In this document: one piece after another, positions 14,124-21,714 of the stretch
How positions within the stretch are numbered: the stretch's first letter is position 1
Layout: every line of letters begins with the position of its first letter
Origin: a virus
Taxonomy: Duplodnaviria > Caudoviricetes
IMG/VR virus record: IMGVR_UViG_3300009095_000071
Span: 1 to 24,514 of that record
DNA: 24,514 nt
Direction: 5' to 3' (one strand)
Translations under genes and position numbers: made by a program
The notes under the pieces: model-generated
The model's database searches: none
The model's input: the letters and a program-made list of their open reading frames with translations, nothing else
Told to the model about the DNA's origin: nothing

Positions 14124-15773
14124 TCACGCGTCCCCCTTCGCCAACTTGGCAAATTCCACAGCACAACGCCCAAGCCAAGCCTGCTGACTCTCACCCTCGC
14201 GCGCGCGCCAAGGGTCAGCAGGGGCGCGGGGAATGAAGAACGTGCCCTTCCTCGATCGGTACCCGTCGTTGTAGTGCACATCCCGTCGCCGCTTCACCCC
14301 CTCCTGCACGCCGACAAACCCGCCGAACTTCGTCATGCTGACGACATTCTCCCGGCGCTTATCCGCCCACGCCCGGTACAGCGCGAACAGATCCTCAGCC
14401 AAGCACGGCATATACGGCGCATCCAGGTAGCCATCACGCCACTCCAGGTAGAACACCTCCCACCCAGGCCGGCCGAAGTCGATAATCCGCTGCTTCGCCT
14501 CGGTGACAGGCGGCTCAGAGTGCGTCGAGAACCCTGTCGTATCCACCGCCAACAGATACGCCAGCAGCGCCTCACGCCCGCCCGACGCCAGCTCCGCCAG
14601 CACGTTCGCCTTGAGCGAATCCGGCAGCTTCTTCTCCGGCCACACCACCAGCATCCGCCGGTCCGTGGGCTCCAGCGGCCACGGCTGCAGCTCATTGCTC
14701 AAGAACACCGAATTCATGTGGTTCGACTCCTCCCAGCCGGTGAGGAACTTTTGCTCAATCCGCTGCGTCTTCCCGGTGATCATGTGCTTCAGCGTGCCCG
14801 TGTGGCTGTACTTTTGATCCCGGCTCAACACCTCCTCGAACAGCGCGAACAGCAACTGGCTTCGCCACGCCGTGTACTGGCTTTCGAGCTGGTGCTGCCC
14901 CAGGGTCGAGCCATACTCGCCGTACATGGGCTTGATCACCTCCTCCCAGAACAGCGACTTGCCCGACCCCTGCTGGCTCGAGTGCATCAACACCGCGCTC
15001 GCCATCTTCGCCCCCACATGCTGGAGCGGATACGCCAGCCAGCGCACCAGCCACTCCACCACCGCGGCCTCGCCGTTGCACAAATGGTCCAGCAACGCCA
15101 GCTGCCACACGCACCGGCTATCGTCCCGCCGGGGCGACAGCGGCAGGCCGCGAAAGGTGTTGATATGGGTGTCCAGGTCAACCTGCTGCGTCGGGTCAAA
15201 CACCAAGTTCTCGATGTCCAGCTCCGCCCGCCCCGGGTGCTTGATCCAGTCATCAAAGCAATCCGCAATCGCGTGGCGCAGCGCCGACAGCGGCACCCGC
15301 TGGCGCTTTTCCCGATCCCATGCCGCATCCGTCGGGTACAGATACACATACCGCGACAACGCCCTGGCCAACCCCCCGCCCCCCTGGCCGGCGGCCGAGG
15401 CCGCGAGGGGCTTCACCAAGTCTTGATGAACCGATCGGCGCCCATCGTGGTTCAACCACTCCTCAAACAGCTTTTTCCCCAGAAAGTCCTTCGCCGCCGT
15501 CTTTTTCAGCAGCTTCTTATCGTGGGCATCCCACACCTTCCCGTCCGGCATCGCCAGCACAAAGCGCTCGAGGGCCTCGGCCAGCGTCACCCGGCCATCC
15601 AGGTCCGGTGGGGCCGGGGGAGGCAGATCATCACCCCCCCAGGGCGGCGCCAGATCATCAGCAGAGGGCGCGGGAGGCTCATTGGCCGCCACCAACCCCG
15701 CCCGCAGCTGATCCCGCACCGCATCAATGCCCAGGGCCACATGCAGGTCGTTGAAATCAGACGGCCCGCTCAT
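14124..15773 (-). CDS. Primase-associated SF3-type helicase (NrS-1/D5/DUF5906-like)
   Basis: WLVRWLAYPLQH, QQGSGKS Walker A, LFALFEEV Walker B, LKHMITG, FLSN, DRR. Confidence 0.88.
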   Translation of the reverse strand: MSGPSDFNDLHVALGIDAVRDQLRAGLVAANEPPAPSADDLAPPWGGDDLPPPAPPDLDGRVTLAEALERFVLAMPDGKVWDAHDKKLLKKTAAKDFLGKKLFEEWLNHDGRRSVHQDLVKPLAASAAGQGGGGLARALSRYVYLYPTDAAWDREKRQRVPLSALRHAIADCFDDWIKHPGRAELDIENLVFDPTQQVDLDTHINTFRGLPLSPRRDDSRCVWQLALLDHLCNGEAAVVEWLVRWLAYPLQHVGAKMASAVLMHSSQQGSGKSLFWEEVIKPMYGEYGSTLGQHQLESQYTAWRSQLLFALFEEVLSRDQKYSHTGTLKHMITGKTQRIEQKFLTGWEESNHMNSVFLSNELQPWPLEPTDRRMLVVWPEKKLPDSLKANVLAELASGGREALLAYLLAVDTTGFSTHSEPPVTEAKQRIIDFGRPGWEVFYLEWRDGYLDAPYMPCLAEDLFALYRAWADKRRENVVSMTKFGGFVGVQEGVKRRRDVHYNDGYRSRKGTFFIPRAPADPWRAREGESQQAWLGRCAVEFAKLAKGDA

Positions 15774-16615
15774 GCCGCCACCGTCGACAAATCCGGCACC
15801 ACCACCACCCCGCCAACCGCCAGGGCAGCCTCCCGGGCCTTCGTCACACCCGGATTGCCCGGGGTGGCCGCATCGTTGTCGGCGGCAATTGCAATTCGCA
15901 CCGCCGGGTACAGCCCCCGCAGCGCCTGCGCCACCGGCTGCAGGTTCCCCGCGTCAAACGCCACCGCCACCGGGCAGCCCGTGGCCTCATGCACCGTCGC
16001 CGCCGTCGCGTAGCCCTCGGCGATCCACAGCAAGCCCCGCTCGTCGGTGGGCGCGGGAGGCTCGCCAATCAAATGCCAGCACCCGCGCTTCGGCGTGCCC
16101 GTCAAAAATTTCTTGCCGCCATCCGGCGCGATAAACTGCAGGCCCACCAGGGCCCCGCCGGCATCCCGCACCGGCACCACAATGGACCCGCGCGAAAACC
16201 GCACCCCATAGGCGCGCACCTTCTTGCGGTCGAGATACCCCGACGCGCCCACCTCCGGCAGCTTCGGCCAGATCGCCGTCGCCCGCCGGGCAGCATCCGC
16301 CGCCCGCGCCTGGCGCTCCGCCTCCGCATCAGCACGCAGCCGGTCCTGCTCCCGGGCAAGGCGCTCCCGCTCCGCCGCCGACAAGCCAGCCCCGTCAAAC
16401 GTCACCGCCATCGACTCCGGCCCGTAGCGCTTCCAGTTGCCGTAGCGGCCCACTGTCACGACAGCGCCGTTGTCCAGGCGCAGCTCATGGAGCACATACC
16501 AGCCGCTGGATTTCCGGCCCCGGTCGCCGTCCGCACGGCAACGCACCAGGCGCCCGTATTCCAGGGCCCCGTCAATTTCAAGGCCCGCCTGGGCCAGCTG
16601 ATTGAATACGTCCAT
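15770..16615 (-). CDS. TOPRIM-domain DNA primase (P4 alpha/TraC-like N-terminal part)
   Basis: GWYVLH, YLDRKKV, GLQFI..DGGKKFL, IAEGYATAATVHEATG.PVAVAFDAGNL, IAADND. Confidence 0.9.
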   Translation of the reverse strand: MDVFNQLAQAGLEIDGALEYGRLVRCRADGDRGRKSSGWYVLHELRLDNGAVVTVGRYGNWKRYGPESMAVTFDGAGLSAAERERLAREQDRLRADAEAERQARAADAARRATAIWPKLPEVGASGYLDRKKVRAYGVRFSRGSIVVPVRDAGGALVGLQFIAPDGGKKFLTGTPKRGCWHLIGEPPAPTDERGLLWIAEGYATAATVHEATGCPVAVAFDAGNLQPVAQALRGLYPAVRIAIAADNDAATPGNPGVTKAREAALAVGGVVVVPDLSTVAA

Positions 16616-16636
16616 CGGTCCCCCGACCTCTCGTTG

Positions 16637-17032
16637 TTATTCGCCCGCAGCTCTCAGTCGGAGCTCCAGCACCGCGAGCACATTCCAGGCGGCGTGGGCC
16701 AGGTGCGGCAGGCAACTGTCGCCGTCCAGCGCATCCCCCATCGCATCCGCCAACAGGTGCCGATACAGCGCGTCGGTGTACCGCCCCTCGCCATCCGGCA
16801 CCGCCAGCCAGCCCCGGTCGCTGTACTTCGCAGCCCCATGGGTGCCAACCTCCACCACCGCCGCCAGCGCGCGGGAAAAGTCCCCCAGCACAAGCCCGGC
16901 CCTGGGCTTTCCGGCATCCAGCTTCGCCCCCGGCACACCCGGGGCAAGCCCATGCGGATCTCGCTCGCCAACCAAGGCGGTCCCTGGCTGGTAATCGGGA
17001 CTCAAGTCGTAAGGGTCACGATACTCACTCAC
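16637..17032 (-). CDS. dATP/dGTP diphosphohydrolase domain protein (DUF5664-like)
   Basis: GAKLDAGKPR…GTHGAAKYSDRGW…YTDALYRHL…DSCLPHLAHAAWN. Confidence 0.82.
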   Translation of the reverse strand: MSEYRDPYDLSPDYQPGTALVGERDPHGLAPGVPGAKLDAGKPRAGLVLGDFSRALAAVVEVGTHGAAKYSDRGWLAVPDGEGRYTDALYRHLLADAMGDALDGDSCLPHLAHAAWNVLAVLELRLRAAGE

Positions 17033-17244
17033 CGCACCGCCCCCCGCTCAATCAGCCCCGCGCACTCAGCGCAATGCTGGGTCCCCGGTATCGCCACCTG
17101 CCGGGCACTGGGTATCTCCAGCCCGCACTCCTGGCACTCGCTGGCGCTCACCTCCCCCACCGGCGCCGTCCGCGCCCGCTGCGTCAACAGCCGCGCCTCC
17201 TGGCGCTCGATCTCAACCTGTGCAATATCAGCGTTGTCCGCCAT
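17029..17244 (-). CDS. TraR/DksA C4-type zinc-finger protein
   Basis: AAGGAG RBS, MADNADIAQ (DxxDxA motif), CQECGLEIP..R..A.PG...CAEC. Confidence 0.92.
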   Translation of the reverse strand: MADNADIAQVEIERQEARLLTQRARTAPVGEVSASECQECGLEIPSARQVAIPGTQHCAECAGLIERGAVR

Positions 17245-17443
17245 GCCCTGCTCCTTTGTTGTTCTGGCAAAAAGTGCCGGTCTTTCCCGGCTGTCAGCGG
17301 CTCGCCCGATTACCGCCTCTTCACTCACGCGCCGGCGGCGGTTTACCCACCCCTGCCCGCTGAATATCCCGGGGGCGTGCAGGCTAGGGATCGGGCGCAA
17401 GCACCGGCCACCGCGGGCCGGCCAAGGAGGCCAGCGCCCCGAA

Positions 17444-17665
17444 TCACGCAACCGCCAGGGCGGGCATCACACCCTCCACACGCACATACAAGGCCCCCAC
17501 CACGGCTGGCGGCGGCACAATGTTGGTCACGGCCACATCACCGGGCATCAGCGGCGCACCGCGCCACTCATCCACCAGGCGGGCGCCCATGCTGTTCGCC
17601 AGAGCCGTTGCCAGCGTCGTCTTGCCCGTGCGCTGCCGCCCGTATACGATCACAATCTTTTTCAT
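17444..17665 (-). CDS. Miniature P-loop protein (73 aa)
   Basis: IVIVYGRQRTGKTT Walker A and LVDEW Walker B-like segment. Confidence 0.65.
   Translation of the reverse strand: MKKIVIVYGRQRTGKTTLATALANSMGARLVDEWRGAPLMPGDVAVTNIVPPPAVVGALYVRVEGVMPALAVA
17622..17650 (+). promoter_or_regulatory. Candidate sigma70 promoter for the antisense accessory gene
   Basis: TTGCCC-17 nt-TACGAT, about 40 nt upstream of the ATG at 17692. Confidence 0.45.
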
Positions 17666-17691
17666 AACCGACCCTCAAAAGGAGTTGAACA

Positions 17692-18015
17692 ATGGCACTC
17701 TTCACCGTCATGCACGCCGCCATGCCCTACTGCCTGCAGAAGCAACCTGACAACACATGGGTGATACTCAACCGCGAGTACAAGCCTCTCGGATTCCTTG
17801 GCGGACTCCACAACTACGGCGACTACCCCATAGCAATGAATATCCAGGGCCTCACAGCACGGGTTGCGGACAAGATTTCTTGCAACCCAAACCCAGACCC
17901 AAACTGCATCTATCTCTACAACGACGGATGCGTCCCCACTCACAGCGACGACAACATGGCCGACTATCTCCGTCGACTGGCGGTACTCGGGCCTCTGAAG
18001 CTGGCGCAGACCTAA
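17692..18015 (+). CDS. Hypothetical accessory protein (moron), antisense to the surrounding operon
   Basis: AAGGAG RBS, lower GC than its neighbours and a globular-looking sequence (NREYKPLGF, IYLYNDGCVP). Confidence 0.8.
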   Translation: MALFTVMHAAMPYCLQKQPDNTWVILNREYKPLGFLGGLHNYGDYPIAMNIQGLTARVADKISCNPNPDPNCIYLYNDGCVPTHSDDNMADYLRRLAVLGPLKLAQT

Positions 18016-18053
18016 AACCACTGTATAAAAAGCCACCGCGAACCGGCGGGCGG

Positions 18054-18085
18054 AAAAAACCCCCAGCCTTGGATAGACTGAGGGT
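18054..18085 (-). terminator. tR1-like terminator downstream of cro
   Basis: ACCCTCAGTC…GGCTGGGGGT followed by a T-run. A second hairpin plus T5 follows at about 18027-18052. Confidence 0.55.
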
Positions 18086-18185
18086 GTCGAATCACTTTTG
18101 TCGGGGGACACAATGGACGACGCCACCACCGGGCCCATGCCCGTCATAGCTGACTGTGCCTGCTGGCTGATGGCGAGCGGGGGCG

Positions 18186-18392
18186 TCATGCGGCCTGGCC
18201 CTGGCACACAAACGAGTACGCAGAGAGACGCCCGCCAGAGCGTTCAATCAGCGCCGAAATCGCACGAGAACGGGGCCACCGTTCCCCCCGCCGCCAGCTT
18301 GCGACAGTGCGAACCTTGACGCCAAGAACCTCGGCGGCCTTGTCGTCGCCGAGCTCCTCGATGAATTGCTGAAGGGTGATGATTTTGTCCAT
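18186..18392 (-). CDS. Cro-like HTH regulator
   Basis: 68 aa, AAEVLGVKVRTVASWRRGERWP; divergent from the repressor. Confidence 0.88.
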   Translation of the reverse strand: MDKIITLQQFIEELGDDKAAEVLGVKVRTVASWRRGERWPRSRAISALIERSGGRLSAYSFVCQGQAA

Positions 18393-18402
18393 ATCCCAAA
18401 AT

Positions 18403-18475
18403 TACACGTTAAGTGCATTTTCCGCAACACTTTCCGTGCAAGACTTTCACTCATGGTCAATACACAATCTGTGTA
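18403..18475. promoter_or_regulatory. OR-like switch: three operators, consensus TACAC-N5-GTGYA
   Basis: TACACgttaaGTGCA at 18403-18417, AACACtttccGTGCA at 18426-18440 and TACACaatctGTGTA at 18461-18475. Confidence 0.8.
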
Positions 18476-18849
18476 TGGACATCAAAAAAGAATCTGGACG
18501 GCGACTCAGGGAGGCGAGACTCAGGGCAGGCTTCGAGACTATCGATCAGCTGGCGGACGCAGCGGGCCTGGACTTCAAGGGCCGGGCCTACACCGTCTCC
18601 AAGATCAGCAACTACGAACGCGGATACCGAGCCATCCATCCCGAGATCGCAAAACAGCTGTCGCGGATACTTCAGTGCAGCGCCGGATGGCTGCTATGCC
18701 TTGATGACACAGACAACGTGCTAAGGCCAGACGAGCAAGCTCTACTGGACAACTTCCGAGCCACGGACGAGCGAGGCAAAAAAGTCATCGCCCGCGTTGC
18801 TGAGGAGGAACGTCCCTACCCCGCCGGAGAAATGAGAGACACCGGATAA
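18475..18849 (+). CDS. CI-like XRE-family repressor (no S24 peptidase domain)
   Basis: GRRLREARLRAG…QLADAAG…SKISNYERGYR…LSRILQCSAGWLL, then EQALLDNFRATDERGK. Confidence 0.88.
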   Translation: MDIKKESGRRLREARLRAGFETIDQLADAAGLDFKGRAYTVSKISNYERGYRAIHPEIAKQLSRILQCSAGWLLCLDDTDNVLRPDEQALLDNFRATDERGKKVIARVAEEERPYPAGEMRDTG

Positions 18850-18867
18850 CACTCGCAAGGAGGCATC

Positions 18868-19476
18868 ATGGAAATCCACCGCATCTTCAACCGGGCCCGC
18901 ATCGACGACCGCCTGGCCAATGAACTGATCGGTATCGCCCGGGGCCTGGTGGCCGACGGCAAGATCAACCAACAGGAGGCGGAATACCTGCAAACCTGGC
19001 TCGCCGCCAACGCCCACATCAGCCAAAACCCCGTTGTCGCCACCCTGCTCCACCGCGTATCACATATGCTCCACGATGGCCACCTCGACGCCGACGAAGC
19101 CGCCGAGCTGTTCGACACTCTCCACCGCTTCACCGGTGGCGACAGCATCCTCGGTGAGATCAACAAAGCATCCACCCTGCCCCTCGACCAGCCCCCGCCG
19201 CCCGTGGCGTTCCCAGGGCACCAGTTCTGCTTCACCGGCACCTTCGCCTACGGCACCCGGGCAGACTGCGAAACAGCCGTCGCCAACCTCGGCGGCACCG
19301 CCGGCGGCCTCACCAAAAAAACCGACTACCTGGTGCTCGGCATCTACGCCACCGACAGCTGGGCCCACAGCGCCTACGGCCGCAAGATCGAGAAGGCCCT
19401 CGAGATGAGGGCCCATGGCGCCCCCATCCGCATCATCGGCGAGCAGCACTGGCTACAGCAGGGCAGCCTGGCCTGA
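18868..19476 (+). CDS. BRCT-domain protein with N-terminal helical (TerB-like) domain
   Basis: LIGIARGLVADGKINQQEA; FCFTGTF…R…LGG…LTKKTDYLVLG…YGRKIEKA…IIGEQHW. AAGGAGG RBS. Confidence 0.88.
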   Translation: MEIHRIFNRARIDDRLANELIGIARGLVADGKINQQEAEYLQTWLAANAHISQNPVVATLLHRVSHMLHDGHLDADEAAELFDTLHRFTGGDSILGEINKASTLPLDQPPPPVAFPGHQFCFTGTFAYGTRADCETAVANLGGTAGGLTKKTDYLVLGIYATDSWAHSAYGRKIEKALEMRAHGAPIRIIGEQHWLQQGSLA

Positions 19477-19505
19477 CACCCACCACCCACATCAAGGAGA
19501 CAACC

Positions 19506-19757
19506 ATGGATAGCAATCTCGGGCTCGGCGGAATCGGCGGATTTGGCGCCATCTTCATTATCTTCTGGGTAATCGCCAGCGTACTGTTGCCCTTTCTCGT
19601 CTGGGGCATCTACAACCAAGCCCACGCCAGCCGGCGCCAGCTGGAAAGGATCCGAAAAGCCCTCGAGCTGCAGGTGGTCACCCAGCGGCAGCAGGCGGGC
19701 CTGCCGCCGCTCAAGGGCAAAGGCCCCATCGATAACGACCCCGCCCGCAATATGTAG
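19506..19757 (+). CDS. Small single-pass membrane protein
   Basis: AAGGAG RBS, a long hydrophobic segment, then a basic helix. Confidence 0.75.
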   Translation: MDSNLGLGGIGGFGAIFIIFWVIASVLLPFLVWGIYNQAHASRRQLERIRKALELQVVTQRQQAGLPPLKGKGPIDNDPARNM

Positions 19758-19769
19758 CCAGGAGGCCCC

Positions 19770-19982
19770 ATGCCAACACTCGAAGAGCTGTTACGAGAAC
19801 ACACCCACGCCGACGCCGGCCTGAGCATCCACGAGCGCGTTTTCTACACCGTCACAGACAAGCCCGCACTCACCGAGAACCGAACGGCAAAACTGCTTGG
19901 GCTGTTGATCGAGGGGCTTGTCGATTCCGGCGCGCTCACGCCACAGCAGCTGGACAAGCTGCTGCTGGATGCCGTGCTATAG
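19770..19982 (+). CDS. Hypothetical protein
   Basis: AGGAGG RBS, operonic spacing, helical 70-aa product. Confidence 0.7.
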   Translation: MPTLEELLREHTHADAGLSIHERVFYTVTDKPALTENRTAKLLGLLIEGLVDSGALTPQQLDKLLLDAVL

Positions 19983-20145
19983 CCTCTTCCACCAGGTCAG
20001 CGCAACGGTTGCGGATAACCGGGTCCGTGCCATCCTCAAGGCGATTGCACGGGTCCAGCCCCAAGCACAAGAGATCATACGGGCGCACCCCATCCCGCCC
20101 GAACCGGATATACCGCAGCACAACATCTAACTGACGCTCAGTCAT
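19936..20145 (-). CDS. Hypothetical protein
   Basis: GGAGGT RBS before the ATG at 20145; follows a copy of the 17-bp repeat. Confidence 0.45.
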   Translation of the reverse strand: MTERQLDVVLRYIRFGRDGVRPYDLLCLGLDPCNRLEDGTDPVIRNRCADLVEEAIARHPAAACPAAVA

Positions 20146-20213
20146 CACACTTACCTCCAAGGCCCGCCCCATGCGGGCCACACTAAAAACCAAGCAGCCA
20201 GGAGGCCGCCACC

Positions 20214-20441
20214 ATGATCCGCGAGATAAACCGATTCATCGCCAGCAGCGATAACGGCACCCAGCACACCATCATCCTTTATCAGCACTACCGCACCCAC
20301 CGGCCACTCAGCGGCAGCCCAACCGAGCTGCCAACCATTCGAGAGTACAGAACGTCAACCGGCCATAGCGTCAACGTTATTGATGAAGATGCCGGCCTTT
20401 TCCAGATCGTCCAAACCGATGAAACTGTCAGGAAGCGATGA
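20214..20441 (+). CDS. Hypothetical small beta-rich protein
   Basis: AGGAGG RBS, 75 aa, lower GC. Confidence 0.7.
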   Translation: MIREINRFIASSDNGTQHTIILYQHYRTHRPLSGSPTELPTIREYRTSTGHSVNVIDEDAGLFQIVQTDETVRKR

Positions 20442-20786
20442 CAAGGGCGCCCTGATCCACCGCCGACTGTTGTCCGGCCCAACAAACACACCGGCCAGCA
20501 CATCATCGCCCTGCCGCTGGAGCTGCCACATATCCCTGGGCAGTATTCGCCACGCCGGGTCCGCCTGGCCGCAGGCCGCCACCAATCTGGCTTCCCCCCT
20601 GGGTTGCACCTCATAGCGCTGCAGTAGCTCAACCAAGCGCTCCATCCCATCCTTGCTGGGATAAAAGCGGCACACCACCTCAACAGGCGCATCCGCAGGC
20701 ACCTTAATATCCAACCGTGTCACGCTGCTTGGCAGCCCCAGGGCCTTGCACAACGCAACACCAATATCTCGCCCAACAATAGCCAT
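20355..20786 (-). CDS. Hypothetical protein
   Basis: AGGAGA RBS before the ATG at 20786; MAIVGRDIGVALCKALGLPSSVTRLDIKVP…. Confidence 0.6.
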   Translation of the reverse strand: MAIVGRDIGVALCKALGLPSSVTRLDIKVPADAPVEVVCRFYPSKDGMERLVELLQRYEVQPRGEARLVAACGQADPAWRILPRDMWQLQRQGDDVLAGVFVGPDNSRRWIRAPLSSLPDSFIGLDDLEKAGIFINNVDAMAG

Positions 20787-20798
20787 TGCCATTCTCCT

Positions 20799-20821
20799 GC
20801 CCGCCCCATGCGGGCTTTTTT
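20799..20821 (+). terminator. Intrinsic terminator closing the repressor/accessory transcript
   Basis: GCCCGC-CCCAT-GCGGGC followed by T6. Confidence 0.75.
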
Positions 20822-20863
20822 GTGCGCCTGCCAATCAGGCACCAGCACAGGATAACAAAAAAA

Positions 20864-20904
20864 TACACTTTGCGTGTTGACGATATACACTTTTGGTGTA
20901 CTAT
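20864..20904 (+). promoter_or_regulatory. pL/OL-like early promoter with two operators
   Basis: TTGACG(20877)-16 nt-TACTAT(20899), overlapped by TACACtttgcGTGTT at 20864-20878 and TACACttttgGTGTA at 20886-20900. Confidence 0.8.
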
Positions 20905-20932
20905 TTTCGAAACGGTACACGGAAAGGCAACC

Positions 20933-21343
20933 ATGCCCACCATAAAAATCCACGGCAACTACACCCCAGCCCAGCGCCGCACCATCCGCCTGGCCCTGGA
21001 GCGCCGCCTGGTGTCCGACAAGGCCCAGGCCCGGGAAGAGGGCGTCAGCCCCCGGTCGATAGGCGACCGGTGGGACGGCATCGCCCACCGCCTGCACCTG
21101 CCCTTTGGGCAGCGGGAACGGGCACAAGTAATCGCCGAGCTGGTGGTCCGCAAGCACATCGAGGTCGCCGTGCTGGCGCTCGCCATCCTCACCAGCATCG
21201 GCACCTACGGCACCCAGCCACAGCGCCCGCGCCCACCCAGCGGCGCCCGCACCGTGGCCACCCTCGCCCGCCCCGCCAGCACCCGCAAGCCCGGGCAGGA
21301 TGGCGGAATGGCCGGCCTCAACACCTGGGGGATCGCCGCATGA
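20933..21343 (+). CDS. First early gene; LuxR-like HTH regulator with a hydrophobic segment and basic tail
   Basis: YTPAQRRTIRL…SDKAQAREEGVSPRSIGDRW…RAQVIAELV resembles a LuxR C-terminal HTH. Confidence 0.6.
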   Translation: MPTIKIHGNYTPAQRRTIRLALERRLVSDKAQAREEGVSPRSIGDRWDGIAHRLHLPFGQRERAQVIAELVVRKHIEVAVLALAILTSIGTYGTQPQRPRPPSGARTVATLARPASTRKPGQDGGMAGLNTWGIAA

Positions 21344-21534
21344 ACCGCCACGACGCCGACGAAGCCGGAACCCTCTTCATGCTCGGCTTGTACCTCGCCA
21401 TTGCCATCATCGGCACCGCCTACGGCCTGGCCGAGATCGAGCCCCGGGCCCAAAGCCCCCGGGCGGCCCACTACACCCACATCAATGGGCGGGACTACAA
21501 CCCCGCCGCCGAACAACCCCAGCGGAGCAACTGA
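21340..21534 (+). CDS. Small membrane protein
   Basis: ATGA overlap with the upstream gene; one TM segment. Confidence 0.6.
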   Translation: MNRHDADEAGTLFMLGLYLAIAIIGTAYGLAEIEPRAQSPRAAHYTHINGRDYNPAAEQPQRSN

Positions 21535-21535
21535 C

Positions 21536-21706
21536 ATGGCCAAGATCATCATCTTCCCCACCGCCCCGGGCGCCGAAGGCCGCCGCCAGGCCGCCGAACG
21601 CGCCGTCAACATCCAGCGCGCCCTGGGCGGCCACATCATCAGCCGGCCCTTCCGGGGCAAGCCCCGCAACGACGATGGCCCCGGCAACGGGCCGAGGGCG
21701 GCGTGA
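21536..21706 (+). CDS. Small hypothetical protein
   Basis: GGAG RBS; MAKIIIFPTAPG…; tight operonic packing. Confidence 0.6.
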   Translation: MAKIIIFPTAPGAEGRRQAAERAVNIQRALGGHIISRPFRGKPRNDDGPGNGPRAA

Positions 21707-21714
21707 TGGCCGGC

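Larger units (their letters stand above)
20162..20815. repeat. 17-bp hairpin direct repeat GCCCGCCCCATGCGGGC (two copies)
   Basis: Exact copies at 20162-20178 and 20799-20815. Confidence 0.85.

Noticed and set aside
14082-17764. 643-aa and 591-aa plus-strand ORFs
   Set aside because: They are Arg/Pro-rich shadows of the replication genes.
18868-19476. NAD-dependent DNA ligase
   Set aside because: Only a BRCT-like domain is present, with no adenylation or OB domains.
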